DNA from: Fimicolochytrium jonesii
Taxonomy: Eukaryota
Direction: 5' to 3'
NCBI RefSeq assembly: GCF_025526975.1
Contig: NW_026515691.1
Location: forward strand, 310,001-374,000
DNA length: 64,000 nucleotides
Below are positions 1-12,546 of the stretch, piece by piece. How positions within the stretch are numbered: the first letter of the stretch is position 1; every line of letters begins with the position of its first letter. A program made the translations under genes and the position numbers. Under the pieces are notes generated by a model that was not told where the DNA came from, ran no database searches, and worked only from the letters and a program-made list of their open reading frames with translations.

Positions 1-2049
1 GTACATATGTGCGGTGCCAACGTCTGCATGCCTGATGAGTCTTTGATGCACGTATGCACGTCGAGTCGTCGTCCAACTTTCACTGAATCGATGACACGCT
101 GAAAGTAGTTGCCTTGCGCATGGACGGTGGCATCCAGTTAGCCGCTCTTCGTCGTACATCCATGCGTATGCACCGATGCTACACAGCATTTGTTCCATTT
201 TGCCTGAAGGTTAGCTGCACCGCAAGGGAGAGGCGGCACGGAGAAGTTTCTGGGGCAACTGGCATGGGTCGCCACCACGTCGTGAGGGTGCTTCCGGTGA
301 GGCTTGGCTTCCTCCTGCGTGCTCCACAGCATCGCCGTCTCTACCGCTTCAAAACCGTCTGGTATACGAAGCCAACTTCTACCAGGTCCGGTGCGTAGTG
401 TCAGAACGGCCACTGTAGGTGAAGCCCTTCAAGCATCTCCTCAGCCGCATCGCGGTGCACCGTATGTCAGTGGAGACCGCGGACGTCGTGGTACGCTGAC
501 CACATGTTGGTGAGAGCGCTTCTTGAAGTTCCGGAAACGACGTTCCAAAGCTATCCTGACGTCCGTTGCGTTCGATTATGGCGTTGCGCGACAGATTCTC
601 CTGAAGCCCGCAAGACCGAGTGGTCTTGTCGAGCATTTCTTCAAGCGTCTCCTCAGTTCTTTGCCTCAGACTCCCTGCGGATGTTCGTTTCGGATGAGCG
701 GCTGGTCGGGCAGTGAGTATGCGAGGGCAATCTGGGCGCACGAAGCCCGCCACGTACAACGGGGTCGATGCCTGTGAAGGCTGTCTGCGGACATGGCCGT
801 CGATCTACACACGCTCGCGCCGAGGGTGAGACTGTGGGGCGCTCTGATTTTTCAGTCGACGCATGAGCGTTGATCTAGGTGTGAAGATTCCGGACTGGAA
901 GTGAACATCGGGCGATCCGTTTGTATCTCACGACCAGCATGAGCGTTGGTCTTCATTTTGAGGGGTCGTATTAGACGTGAGAGTGTTGATCCGTAATGGT
1001 GGTGCATCTATCGCACAAAGAACGGGATCCGGCGACCAAGACCATGCATCGACGCTGTAGGCAAGCTGCACTGAATTAGCCCTATGTGTTCACAATGATG
1101 ATGGCACTCTACTTATGGGTCAAATTGTCTCAGGTATGAGAGAGGTGTACTCGCAATAGTGTGCGCTGGAGTAACTATCTTCAGCTGACGCTTTGATGCA
1201 TGTTTGCTGATCGTACCAACTGGAAGGAAACTTGAGACAGATCCGGTGCTATGAAACTGCGACATCGCTAAAGAATACCGTACCAGAAAGACAGGCAGTG
1301 GACCATCAGCACTCAAGAATTTAAGCTTGGTCCCAGAGGAGGTTGCGTCTTTGGCCGGTCGTTCCGACTCTTTACTTCTAAACGCTTGGACCCCTGCCGC
1401 CCGAAGCCAGTCGTCGTCCTACTATACATGCAGTGCAAGGGAGCTCCGATTACAATGGAACTTGGTTACCAACGTTTTCTATGAGTTATCAGACAGCTCT
1501 GCACGTCCGTGTGCTTATTGCGCATGCAGTTTGGATATCTGGTTCATGGTGGTGTCCCCGTTTCCCTGGGAAAATGACAGCAGGAATGACAGTACGCGAA
1601 TCTTCGAAAGCCAATCGTTTGGATCTGGGCATGGACGCAACCTGCATCTGGACGGACAAGGGAAAAGATGAAACTGTGGCATTGGCATTCATTGATCAGA
1701 AGATTCCAAAAACTGTGAGCAAGTCGTCCGGTTTCCGACTTGCAAGGTTTCCATTATTTTGACGTTTCCTTCTAAATTCGACGACAGGCCAGCCAAGGCA
1801 GAGCCAGAACTCGTGGAAGTACGCTGAGCCTCAGGGATTCGTGATGAGAATTCATGTCGAAACAAAACGGCGGCCCATTGGTTTTCAGGGTAGGTTGTGC
1901 TAGTTCATGTGTCGACTTCAGAAGGCAGCGCGATCTGCCCTGTGCGTTGCGAGAACTTGCGACCCGTCAGAAGCCAGAAATTTCAACTCTGTCGAAACTC
2001 ATCCATAGGCCCATCCTTATTGCACAATCGGACCGTACACAAGGACAGC

Positions 2050-5000
2050 ATGGACGACGAAGAAGACGACGACTTTTTATTCGGGGAGGATCCAAGGGAG
2101 CTGTTGTAAGTACCCAGCACTTTGACGCCCACTCCGAACACACGTCTTCGCCCTTTTACCTTCATCCTACCGAATTTCATTCGCAAATTCTCCCACATAT
2201 CACAGCTCCCAGATGGTTTCGCAAAGCTTATCTCCAAGCAAACCTCCGGCGTCGCAGCTGGCAGCAGAGCGGGCGGCTATACAATCGCCTTCGAACCACG
2301 CTTCTCCCTCGACCAATGGAAAAACGAGGGCCGTCCCGCTACAAACGCACCAGGCGAAATCTTCTGGGACTGGGAAGAAGGAGGCTGTCTTACCAGCAGA
2401 AAAGAGGGCTGAGACTATTGGAAAGTCGGGATCCAGCGCGAGCCAAGCGGTTCCGGCAAGAGCCGTGTCGCACGTCATACTCATCGAGGACGACGACGAT
2501 GTGGTCGAGCAGCCTCGGGGCAGGAAACGGCATGTGGGTGGAAAACCGGCCAATGCTGCGGCGGTGGCGACGCCCACGGTACCGCGTCAGGGTGTGCGGA
2601 CATCTACGCGTGGTCAAGAGAGCGAAAGGAGTGTTTTTGCGACGGGATCGAGACCCGGAGAGTCTACTGCACCATCAGACGGTGTGGCGATGAAGAAATC
2701 ACGATATCCCGCTGTCGCGAGTCAATCGAAAGACAGCGATGGAACAGCGCCCGTGAGCAAAATCAGCATGATCGATGAATCCGACTCTTCTACACCAAAC
2801 GCCAGCCCCACTCCAGCTCAGGCCTCCTTATCCAACTCAAAGAAGCTGAGGGTTAACCGCCGTAATCAGGTGCTAGTTGACGATTGGGAGGAGCAAACCC
2901 CCGTCATCGATTCGGAGCATGAGACCAACTGGTGGCATCAGGATACACAGCAGGGGTCTTCGAGTGGAGCGCACAGGCCATGTCAGAAGTCACCGTCATC
3001 TAGCGCACAAGCCATACCGACTGGTAAAGTTGGAACATCTTCCTCACTGAAGGAGCCGAGGGCGCCATTGAATCGAAAGCCAGTATCAGCGGAAAGCTTA
3101 TCATCAGACGATGCGGCAAGCCTCTTTGCAGGCTACAGCCAGAATATAACCGACTGCAAGACCAAACTCAACCCCGTAAAGGAATCCCTACTCAAGATGA
3201 GAAAACCTATCAATTCCTGGGAGAAAAATGCGAAGAATGTGCGGGAGACACGACTCCAAAAGCGATTGAAGAACCTCCTAGAGACGGATTTTGCTCGAGT
3301 TGCACAGCACATCGACTCCCTCGTGCAGAAGGAGAGAAGTCCCAAACAACAAAGGAAGTTGCAGGCGCATCTGTATCGATACGTGGTGGAGAACTATTGG
3401 TGGACGCCGGAGGGCAAATCGGGGGATGATTGGGCTTCGCTACTGGAACTGTGGGAGGCCCATATCATTTCGACGAGTGGGGAGATGACGCAGTCGAGTT
3501 CGCTGGAGGAAGCCAGTCATGCGAGTCAGATAAATGAAGACTTGGAACAAACATCCACGCAGGCGTTATTTATGGAAGATGATGTCTCGTCGGCTGGTGT
3601 TTCGCAACCTTTTGCCGGACCGTCCCAGCCTGCATCCCGACCACCGGCACGACCGGAAAGCAGAAACGAACACGTAGAGGAGGAACAACTCTACAGCACA
3701 CAGGAGGAGCGAATCTTAGACTTCTTTACGCAATCAACGCCCAGATCCGCCCCGGCTAGAACACGTCCAGCACGGAGAACCCCCATCATGAAAAAAACAA
3801 ATAAAGCCCCCGGCGCAGGCGCACGGTCGTTAAGTCCGAAAGCATCTCAGACCCACCGCACATCGACGGACATGTCTGCGAGACTAGCCGCTAGCGAGAT
3901 TCACCAGCTGAAAACGAGTTTGGCTGCTTGTGAAGCGAAGCTCGCGGAACAGAAGCGGGTGATTGAAGCCATGGAGAGGACCCACACTGTGGCCAGGACG
4001 TCTGTTGAGGATCTGTGTGCATTGCGCAACGAGGCGCTGCTGCAGAAGTTGAAGGATCTGGAAAAGTTGGCAATGGCTAATGCAGCATCGATACCCACGT
4101 CTGCACCGCATGCATCAGCCGAAACCAGCACAACGTCCGACATCGAGAGCAAACTCACACAGCTAGTCTCCCAAAAGTTCACCGAGCTCGAGTCCCGCAT
4201 GGCGACGGCCGCCACCCAGGCTTCCCAAGGCCTCGCCCGGCTTTCCACCCTCGAAACGCACGTCAAACGCCTCGAAGCATTCCAAGAGGAGCAGTGCGGC
4301 GACAACGACCGGATCCATTCGGACTTTTGCCGGCTGAACCAGTGGACGGTGGATGAGTTTACGAGTCGGGACGAGGTGTTTGGCCGTATGAAGCGAGCAG
4401 CTGAAGAGAGGTTTGTGGACGCTGAGGGGATGCTAGGGAATCATGAGGGTCGGATCTCTAGGCTGGAACGCGATATCGGAGGGGATGACGGCGGGGATGA
4501 TCTGGATCTGGATCAAGGGCTGAACGACGACGAAAGTGAGGTTGCCATCGAGATGGTGCAGACAACGCAGACAACCGTATCACCACTGTCTGCAACTGCC
4601 CCGACAGAAACGAACTGGCAAATCATCGGAAAGTTTGAAACCTCGCCAACCAAGACTTTTACGGCTCTGCCTTCTCCATCATCAACAGCAAGTCACGCTG
4701 CGGCAGCAAGTGCAGCGGGATCCGGTCGGAGTACCTCCGAGCAGCCTGTGGACGCAAGCCAAAATGAAGAACAGCACCACGCGTCTATCCCCGACGCGTC
4801 GTTGATCAATCAAGATGGTGATTGCGATGCTGCTGATCGTGGAGAACCTGATCGGAGCGCCTCGAAGCCACAAACTGAAAAACCATCACCCAGTTCGGAT
4901 TCGGGGTTGCCAGCACCAATGACGACGACGCCCTTGAAGCGGAAAGCGAGGAGTTTGGCCCTCTCGCGCCCTTCATCTGACCGAGAGGAGGATGATGGTG

Positions 5001-5101
5001 GGGAGGAGGGAGAACCGCCAGGCAAGAAACAAAAACTGTGGGTGGCCGGCGCGCTCGGCTTGGGCGCTTTGGGTATTGGGTGGTTGGTCAATGCTGCATG
5101 A
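2050..5101 (+). CDS. Orphan ~980 aa Ser/Pro-rich disordered and coiled-coil protein with a C-terminal hydrophobic tail anchor; 2 exons
   Basis: ATG at 2050 (MDDEEDDDFLFGEDPREL). A GTAAGT...CACAG intron at 2106-2205 splices in frame into the 962 aa ORF 2213..5101. Contains heptad-like segments (SEIHQLKTSLAACEAKLAEQKRVIEAME) and ends KKQKLWVAGALGLGALGIGWLVNAA. Confidence 0.75.
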
Positions 5102-7073
5102 TCAGTATATGGCGCGAGCTTTTGAGGAGGCGTACTTCTTGGAGTGAATCCAGCGTGTGAGTGGGTAATCTTCGGCAGGGATGTACATAGCACATCCCGC
5201 ATACAATGCGTACATACATTGGCGTTTCCCTCCCTTCCGGGTCGTCAGATTTCTTCCTGCCGCCCCGCCATACCGCATATCGGAATGTACAGTATTATAT
5301 CCGTAGTATGTTATCCAATAACAGCACCCCAAAGCCGCAATCCCGCGATGAAACGATTGCTTCTGCGGTCAGAGCAGGGTGTGATCCAAGGCATCACTGC
5401 ACTTCCCATGATTCGTTTTCCCTCGCCGCGGGGGTCCGCCGTTAACATGAATCCCTTATTAGACACAAAGCGCGGAGGATTGGATATATAACGTGTCCTT
5501 CGTTGCCTCAGTAGCTTACAACTTGCCATGGGCAGGACACAAAGACAAAGCGGCCGGCCTACAGCAGGCCATGATTCTGATTCCCTGTGAAGACGACGCT
5601 CACAAATTGAAACTTGATATACGTAAAGTATGCTCTGGCCTTTGGTGAGATATTTCGGGACGCATGCTCCGATATGGAGTATAAGGTGTGGGGATTTTCC
5701 CCCGCTCAGCAATGGAGATGCGCCCCCTAGCACACGGTCAAAAGCGCCACCACCTCTGGCAACTCCGCCAGAGGTTCCCTGCCAGTGCCGGGAAGGACGA
5801 TATATACGGTGGGTACGTGACATCAATCTGAAAAGCGTGCGAGGATGCACGGAGATGACTGCACGGGCAACTTGGAGTCTTGGACACACTCAAATTGGTT
5901 TTGGCGGCCGACTCCGAGTCGATCCCATGTGCTCCAGTGACCGACATGACCGTTTGGCCGCCGTTCGATCATCGACGGTCGATGGCAAGTGTTCTGTGCT
6001 TTTCATGTGGAAGGTGTTCAGTTGCGCTGGTTGTGCGGAGGGACGAGTGATGATCTAATCATGAGTCACACGACGCGTTCACCTTGACCAATGGAAAAGA
6101 GCCGGAGGCGGGATGGGAGGGGCTCCCAAACTTAAAATTCAAGATGTGTGACTTAACTTATGTCTTATGTATGTCATTGACGCGTTTTCCATCGCGTTTT
6201 CCATCCGATGGTGATCGCTGGGCGGATCCCACTTCACAGCCGTCGCGAGGAGAGATGTCTTGCTTCCATTTGTCAAGGCGAAACGCATTTTACCCGTGCT
6301 CGCATTTGCACCCCAACCGCATTTCGCACCGGACGAAGCGTTGGTATGCATAAGCAGGTACAGACAAAGTGTCTTGGTCGGCCTCGTCCTCCTCTGGCGA
6401 TTGATCGCTATCCGCCGGTCAGAAACGTACCTGAGGAATCAAGGATATCCCTTGAATCCTGCCTGACCTGTGTCGCGATGGTTCGAATCCCAGAACGATC
6501 GCATACTATGATACGACATGTAATACCGTGGGCTCTTCACCAAAAAAGGGTATTAGAAATTATGCTTTTACAGATAGGAACTGTTAATGTTGAGGGGTCG
6601 GGAGCGATCAAGGTTTTCGCCTCCACCACCGCCACCAGTCAACTCCGACTGGCATCGCGCAAAAACATGGTTTAGACGCCTGTGGGGCATTGCGCATCAG
6701 CGGGATGCTTACCTCTTGCTACTACGTATCCGTGATTCCTTTTGATCATGGTCAGGTCAATGATCCCCGAGGAGTTCCTGCAGATGCCCGCCGGCGCTCA
6801 TCGCGCAATGCGGAATACATACCTTTGAGGAAGCGCGATATGTGAAAGCTCCAAGAGGAAGACACGGTTATGGCTGTCAATTGTTCCGTGCTACAGTGTA
6901 CGAGATAGCAGACAGTGCGCTACAACCGCACGTCGTGGTTGATCGGGCAACCCATCATGTCGCCATTGTCGCGTACGTTCAAGCGTACGCTGAGGCAGCG
7001 AGGCTACGCAGGTCCGCAGGACTGCATGCACCAGCGCATAGCTTGAAACTGCGTCCCAGCGAACCCCGACGTC

Positions 7074-7080
7074 TATAAAA
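7074..7080 (+). promoter_or_regulatory. TATA box of the subtilisin gene
   Basis: TATAAAA(GGG) followed by a CT-rich leader, about 150 nt upstream of ATG 7223. Confidence 0.6.
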
Positions 7081-7222
7081 GGGTTCCGCCATCTCGCCTC
7101 CCTCCTCCTCTTCTCATCATCCGGCCATCAACAGCTCCTCCTCCTCCTGCTCTTCTGACGCATCTGCAACTCGCATCACTCACATCCCGCTCAATACCCA
7201 CTTAAGTTACTATCATTTCAAG

Positions 7223-8404
7223 ATGCGTTTCCTCTCGCTCGCTTTCCTGTCCCTCGCCGCCTACGCTTCCGCCGCTCCCTCTGGCGCCCGCGGCCAAAAG
7301 GCCGGTGAGGCCATCAAGGGCCAGTACATCGTCACCTTCAAGAAGGCCGACAACCTCGTGCCCCGCAACCTGGACCAGCTTATCGACACCGTCTTGACCG
7401 TTCCCGGCTCCGCCTCCCTCGTCAAGCCCGCGGTTCTCCAGAAGTACGATTTCGGATCCTCGTCCCTGCAGGGTTTCGCGGCCAAGATCGACGATGCCGC
7501 CGTGCTTGAGCAGATCAAGGGCCATGCCGAAGTCGAGTCTATTGAGGAGGACCAGGTTGTCACCATCGCCGGAACCCAGACAACCGATGCTGGCCTCTGG
7601 GGTCTGGACGCCATCGATGGCACCCGTGCCAACACGTACAACTACCCTGACGCTGGCGGCCAGGGTGTGACTGCCTACGTTATCGACACCGGATGCCAGA
7701 CCAGCCACCCCGAGTTCGGCGGCCGTGCGACGTGGGGCGCGTCCTTCACAGGCGAGACCTCCACCACCGATGGCAACGGCCACGGCACCCACGTCTCCGG
7801 CACCATCGGCGGCAGGACCTACGGCGTCGCCAAGAAGGTCAACATCGTCTGCGTGCGTGTGCTCTCCGCCTCCGGATCCGGATCTAACTCCGGCGTCATC
7901 GCCGGCGTCAACTGGGTCGCCCAGCAAGCCAAAGCGAAGCGCACCCCGGCGGTCGCGAACATGTCTCTCGGCGGCGGCTCTTCCACCGCTTTGGACCAGG
8001 CGGTCGAAGCCCTTATCGCCTCAAACGTCGCACTCGCAGTCGCGGCAGGTAACACCGCTGGCTTCGATGCCTGCAACGGCTCCCCATCGCGCGTGCGATC
8101 CGCCTACACCGTCGCGGCCTCCGACACCAACAACAGGTTCGCCTCCTTCAGCTCCGAAGGCCCTTGCGTCGACATCATCGCCCCCGGTGTCAACATCAAG
8201 TCGTCGTGGCCTACTTCCTCCACCAACACCATCTCTGGAACCTCCATGGCTACACCCCACGTCGCTGGCGTCCTTGCCCTCGCTTACTCCCAGCAATCCT
8301 TTGCCAGCCCCGCAGCGGCTTTCAGCTACCTCACCAGCCGATCCCGCTCTGGGCTCATCACTGGCGTTCCCTCTGGAACCGTCAACAGGTTCCTCAGGAT
8401 CTGA
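7223..8404 (+). CDS. Secreted subtilisin-like serine protease (S8A, proteinase K/aqualysin type) with I9 propeptide; intronless
   Basis: Signal peptide MRFLSLAFLSLAAYASA; I9 motifs YIVTFK, GFAAKI and IEEDQVV; catalytic triad YVIDTG, DGNGHGTHVSG, SGTSMATPHVAG; oxyanion AAGN; strongly C-ending codons. Confidence 0.96.
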   Translation: MRFLSLAFLSLAAYASAAPSGARGQKAGEAIKGQYIVTFKKADNLVPRNLDQLIDTVLTVPGSASLVKPAVLQKYDFGSSSLQGFAAKIDDAAVLEQIKGHAEVESIEEDQVVTIAGTQTTDAGLWGLDAIDGTRANTYNYPDAGGQGVTAYVIDTGCQTSHPEFGGRATWGASFTGETSTTDGNGHGTHVSGTIGGRTYGVAKKVNIVCVRVLSASGSGSNSGVIAGVNWVAQQAKAKRTPAVANMSLGGGSSTALDQAVEALIASNVALAVAAGNTAGFDACNGSPSRVRSAYTVAASDTNNRFASFSSEGPCVDIIAPGVNIKSSWPTSSTNTISGTSMATPHVAGVLALAYSQQSFASPAAAFSYLTSRSRSGLITGVPSGTVNRFLRI

Positions 8405-9158
8405 GAGCTTGCGGATTTCCGTACTTAGAGAGTTTGTTTACATTTCCAGGCTGGCCCCGGGCCGATACCCCTCTTATTTTTGAACTTCTGTATACTTGCA
8501 TTTGTTGTCTGTTGCGTTCTCGAAATCTGTGAAATCTGTATATATATGTGAAAAATGAAGCAGTGAAAAAAAAACATCGAGGGGTTTTGCAGTTGCGGAG
8601 TTTGAACTGGCGATACGTCCGTCTTTGGTTAGGTTTGCGTTTGAAGATGCTTTCCCATCATGAAAGTGTCGGAACGTCTGGCGGCTTCGCGACCGAAGCT
8701 GCAATTCGACGTTTCGTTTGGGAGGATTGGTGCCGCCTCCATGCTGAGCGATGTGCGAAACCTGCGGGTAGCAAATGCAAATCCTCCACGTCGCCATCTC
8801 TTCGTGGCCCCAATATATGCGTTGTTTGAACAGAGTGTGAAGATGCGGTGTTGCGCCAACCTTGTTGTACGTACTGTATCTGTACCTACTATGTATGAAC
8901 AAGCAAGTCTATATCTAAATACGGAGCGTAAGTGTTGACGTGGCAGAAGATGTATGTAGTGTACAGTATGCATTGCGCGAACGCCAGACAGCGCCCGGAC
9001 TTCTGACGTATATACAGTACGTATATGTGGTGTGTGATACGTTCGTGTATATTCTGTACATGTTGATCTACAGTAGGCCAGCCAAATCGCCACGTTTCGT
9101 TGTCCTCCCCATGTTGTTCGGAGGTCCGATGCTTGTTCGACTTCCAGCTTCTCGTTGA

Positions 9159-9165
9159 TATAAAA
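9159..9165 (+). promoter_or_regulatory. TATA box of the SDR gene
   Basis: TATAAAA(GG) about 115 nt upstream of ATG 9277. Confidence 0.55.
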
Positions 9166-9276
9166 GGCGGCACATCGCTGGCCGTTGCCCTTGCTTCCCA
9201 TTCATACTGCAACTCATTTTACAACCCACAAAGCCTTGATACACTCACATCCAAACCGATAATTCCATCAAACAAG

Positions 9277-10290
9277 ATGACTAACACGGCCGAAACCGCT
9301 AACTGGAACTGGGACTGTGTGCTCATCACAGGCGGAGCCGGCGGGCTCGGCAGAGCCTTTGCGGAGCTGTTCGTTAAGCGGGGAAAGGTAGGGCACACGT
9401 CGCGTATATCCGCACATCCAAAGACATTCTCAGGAACTGACGACGGGGCGACGTACTGGACGTAATTAGAAAGTCATCATTGCCGGAAGGACCGAATCCA
9501 AGTTGAAGCAGACGTTCTCGGAAGTCCCGGGTCTGCATGGCTACCTCGTCGTTGATGTCGCTGATGTGAAGAGCTTGCCGGCGTTTGCAAAGGCAGCGGT
9601 GGAGAAGTACCCCGAGATTGATTGCATCGTGGCCAAGTATGTATCCCATCTCTTCAAGCAACAGTTTCGTCGAGCAATGTCTTCTAACAGATCATATGCT
9701 CATCCCTTCCAGCGCCGGAATACAAAAGCCCATCGCGATCACAAAGCTCACGCCCGACGAGATCCTAACCGCCGCAGACGCCGAAATCGACGTCAACATC
9801 CGCGGCGTCCTGCACTTCGTGCACCACTTCCTCCCGCACCTGCTCACCAAGCCCCGAGCGGCCATCTTCGCCGTCGGGTCAGGAATCTCGTTCGCCCCCG
9901 CCGCGTTCGTCCCGGTCTACTGTGCCACCAAGGCGTTCATCCACAGTTGGATGCAGAGCTTGAGGCATCAGCTGCTGGGCAAGGTGCGCGTGGTGGAGAT
10001 CGTGCCGCCATTGGTGGACTCGGATTTGCATAGGGTATGTCATTGCGCCCCCAGAGTCCCCTCACTTCTTCTTAACACTAATCCTCCGTATGTCGCAGGA
10101 CCACCCCGACCCCAAAGCGTACTCAACGGCGAAGAATCCCTACGCCCTCCCCATCGACAAGTTCATTGCTCAAATCACGGAGGACATGGACGCAGGGAAG
10201 GACGCCGTCGCTGCCGGGCACGCTCGGGAGCATGTCGCCAAATATGATAAGGTGTTTGGACCTACGTTCAAGACGCTCAATAGCCATTGA
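9277..10290 (+). CDS. Short-chain dehydrogenase/reductase (DltE-like); 4 exons
   Basis: VLITGGAGGLG Rossmann motif, KVIIAGR, catalytic YCATK (YxxxK) and VVEIVPPLVDSDL. Three GT-AG introns join the ORF pieces. Confidence 0.9.
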
Positions 10291-10524
10291 TTTGTGTCGT
10301 TGTATACTCCCATTTTGCATATGATACTATATATCGTGCCGTTCAATTTCAGCTAGGCTTGTTTACGTGTTCCGCAGTGCTTTTCATCGCTGCAATCCGA
10401 GATATGGCTTGAGATATCTTATTCAGTAAACAAATCGAACCAAAAAGAGCTTTCGACGAGTCAGTTCATCAACAGAAGGGCCGTAAAGGCTCGTAGGGTA
10501 TGCCAGAGATGCGACCCCGACCCC

Positions 10525-12087
10525 TTAATATGAAGGTAGAGCGTTCGCCGACAAATTTTTCAACAACTTTGCCTTAGACGCCGCGAGCGACGCAGCCATC
10601 TGGTCCCGCGAGGTCGTCATTGAGCTCGTCCCACCCCCTCGACTTGCCAGATTCTTGTTCGCCACAATGGCGGTCGAGAACTTCCTCAACATAACGGCGA
10701 ACGCTTCCTCCATCGTCGCCAACTCAAGCAGGAACGACCGCTTCTGCATTCCGCCCGTGGACACCGCCGAGAAATCGAACTTTGTCGCGGCTTCCATCAC
10801 GAGAGAAAGTCGCTTGATCGGCCAAACGAAGACATAGCTGACAGCGACGGCGAGGAGGAACGCGCAGACGGAGGTAATGCCTACTGCTATCCCGGCACGT
10901 TTGCGCGCGTCCGTCATCGCCCCGATCAGATCGGATTCGGGGATCACGATGAATACCACCCATCCAAGCGGGATGTCCGTTGTGATGGTCTTAAGACTAA
11001 CGAGGGCTTGTCCTTGCGATGTGCTCACTTCCATATCCACGCGGTCTGGGACCTTCGTCCATGTCTGCCCGTAGTGGGAATGCATGGAGGCCGCGGCTTC
11101 GCGCAGGAGACGGTGATTTACGTCGATAATGTTCACAACGCCATCGTTGGCAGGCTTGACGGTGAGATTTGGTTTGCTCACCCCGACAAGGCCGCCGTCC
11201 TTAATGTCAAATACTGCAACCACGGAGTTCGGCGTAGGCGTCACGGTCATTAAGTACTTCGTGATGTCGCCGAGTTCATACACAGCGCTGTATATCGCTG
11301 TGTAGTTCCCCATGCGAATGTCCGTGGGGCTGGTCGGCGGAGTCCTGTCGAAAAAGGAAGGCGCTCTAAAACAGGCCTTAATGGGTTTATAGTCCCCTTG
11401 ACTTAAGAAGATGGAGGTTGGCATCCACATCCCAGCCTCGGTCGCAGGAAGTGCCTCGTCGGTCTTGCGGGGCTCGTTTGGAACAAAAGGAACAGGAGGA
11501 GGCGAGGGAACGAAGGTGATCGTTCGATCCCAGGTGTTGCCCATCTTCATCCACACGCCGTTATCGCAACTCTGATGGGTAACGTTCAAGTCGTTGCATA
11601 TTCGGGCAGGGTACACCCCCGGCGGAACGAGCGGTCCGACGAGCAAGTCCTCCGCATTTCCGACTGCAGGAAGACGTCCAGCTACATTATAGGCAACGAT
11701 AAGTCCGTAGCGACTAGCAACGGTGATCAGATCGTTGACGATCAAGGACTTGTACGGTTCATCCGTGATCTTCGTAGTCTCGTTTACTTTGTAGGCAGCC
11801 AGATACTTCCCTATGTTGTCAAGACTTTGGATATCGTCAAGGGCCGCAAAGCATCTGGAAGCTAAGCGAATCACGTCTTCCGACACGGATTTCACAAGCT
11901 GCACCCTCAGCGCCTCGGTCATGGAATCCGTCGCCCTCGTTGCGCCGTTGAATGAGAGGACCGCGAGAGGGATGGCGATGGCCGCAGACGTCGTAACTAC
12001 GACGGACAGAAGTGCCAGACCGAAGGGAATGCGAGGTCGCTTGTACCAGGGCGTTGGAAAGCGCACAGGATGATCGTCGTCGCTCAT
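10525..12087 (-). CDS. Two-TM membrane receptor: TM - extracellular Cache-like domain - TM - HAMP, with no catalytic output domain; intronless
   Basis: 520 aa ORF. N-terminal TM (IPFGLALLSVVVTTSAAIAIPLAVLSF); Cache-type ending LGWVVFIVIPESDLIG; second TM IAVGITSVCAFLLAVAVSYVFV; HAMP-like WPIKRLSLVMEAATKFDFS...ELATMEEAFAVM. Confidence 0.75.
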   Translation of the reverse strand: MSDDDHPVRFPTPWYKRPRIPFGLALLSVVVTTSAAIAIPLAVLSFNGATRATDSMTEALRVQLVKSVSEDVIRLASRCFAALDDIQSLDNIGKYLAAYKVNETTKITDEPYKSLIVNDLITVASRYGLIVAYNVAGRLPAVGNAEDLLVGPLVPPGVYPARICNDLNVTHQSCDNGVWMKMGNTWDRTITFVPSPPPVPFVPNEPRKTDEALPATEAGMWMPTSIFLSQGDYKPIKACFRAPSFFDRTPPTSPTDIRMGNYTAIYSAVYELGDITKYLMTVTPTPNSVVAVFDIKDGGLVGVSKPNLTVKPANDGVVNIIDVNHRLLREAAASMHSHYGQTWTKVPDRVDMEVSTSQGQALVSLKTITTDIPLGWVVFIVIPESDLIGAMTDARKRAGIAVGITSVCAFLLAVAVSYVFVWPIKRLSLVMEAATKFDFSAVSTGGMQKRSFLLELATMEEAFAVMLRKFSTAIVANKNLASRGGGTSSMTTSRDQMAASLAASKAKLLKNLSANALPSY

Positions 12088-12546
12088 GGTAGATGCTCGA
12101 TTTCCGATTGTGCCGGGCTTGCGTTTCTAGCTTCCTGAAAGGGAGCAAGGAAATCGAACGAAGAGAATGAACGTAATAGTTGGAAGGAAAGCCGATCTTC
12201 ACTTCCAGGCGAGGGAGGTGATGGGGATCGTTATTGAGCAGCACAATGAGCGGGATGGCCCTTGAGAAGATGGCCGTGCGCAAACAATGTCGGTAGGCGG
12301 TGTTTGTGAGCGGAACGCGTGAGGTGTACCGTCATTTCAAGTTCGGACACCGTTTCCCCACGCAAACGATGCACTCCACATTCACTCCCAAATACTCTCT
12401 GCAACTGTGCAATGCTCAAGACGGAAAGGCATGTCCACAAATCCATTTCATCCTCCTCACTTCCCTCCCGACAGTCAAATCTTGAAAACGACTTGGCCTT
12501 CTCTGGAAAGAGGCTGCCTGTTGAGCGTCATAGAGTTAGAGGTTAG

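Noticed and set aside
6480..6491. GGTTCGAATCCC, a tRNA T-loop/B-box-like motif
   Set aside because: Flanks do not form a T-stem or acceptor stem and no D-arm or anticodon arm is present.
5144..7078. Many 70-190 aa ORFs between the orphan gene and the subtilisin
   Set aside because: No motifs, codon bias or splice-supported model; most likely intergenic/promoter DNA.
7202..7927. Long antisense ORF over the subtilisin (likewise 23901..24905 over ARB1, 30920..31714 over DHTKD1, 42865..43626 over the TF and 58260..59111 over NudE)
   Set aside because: Shadow ORFs expected from GC-rich, biased codon usage of the real gene on the opposite strand; no recognisable motifs.
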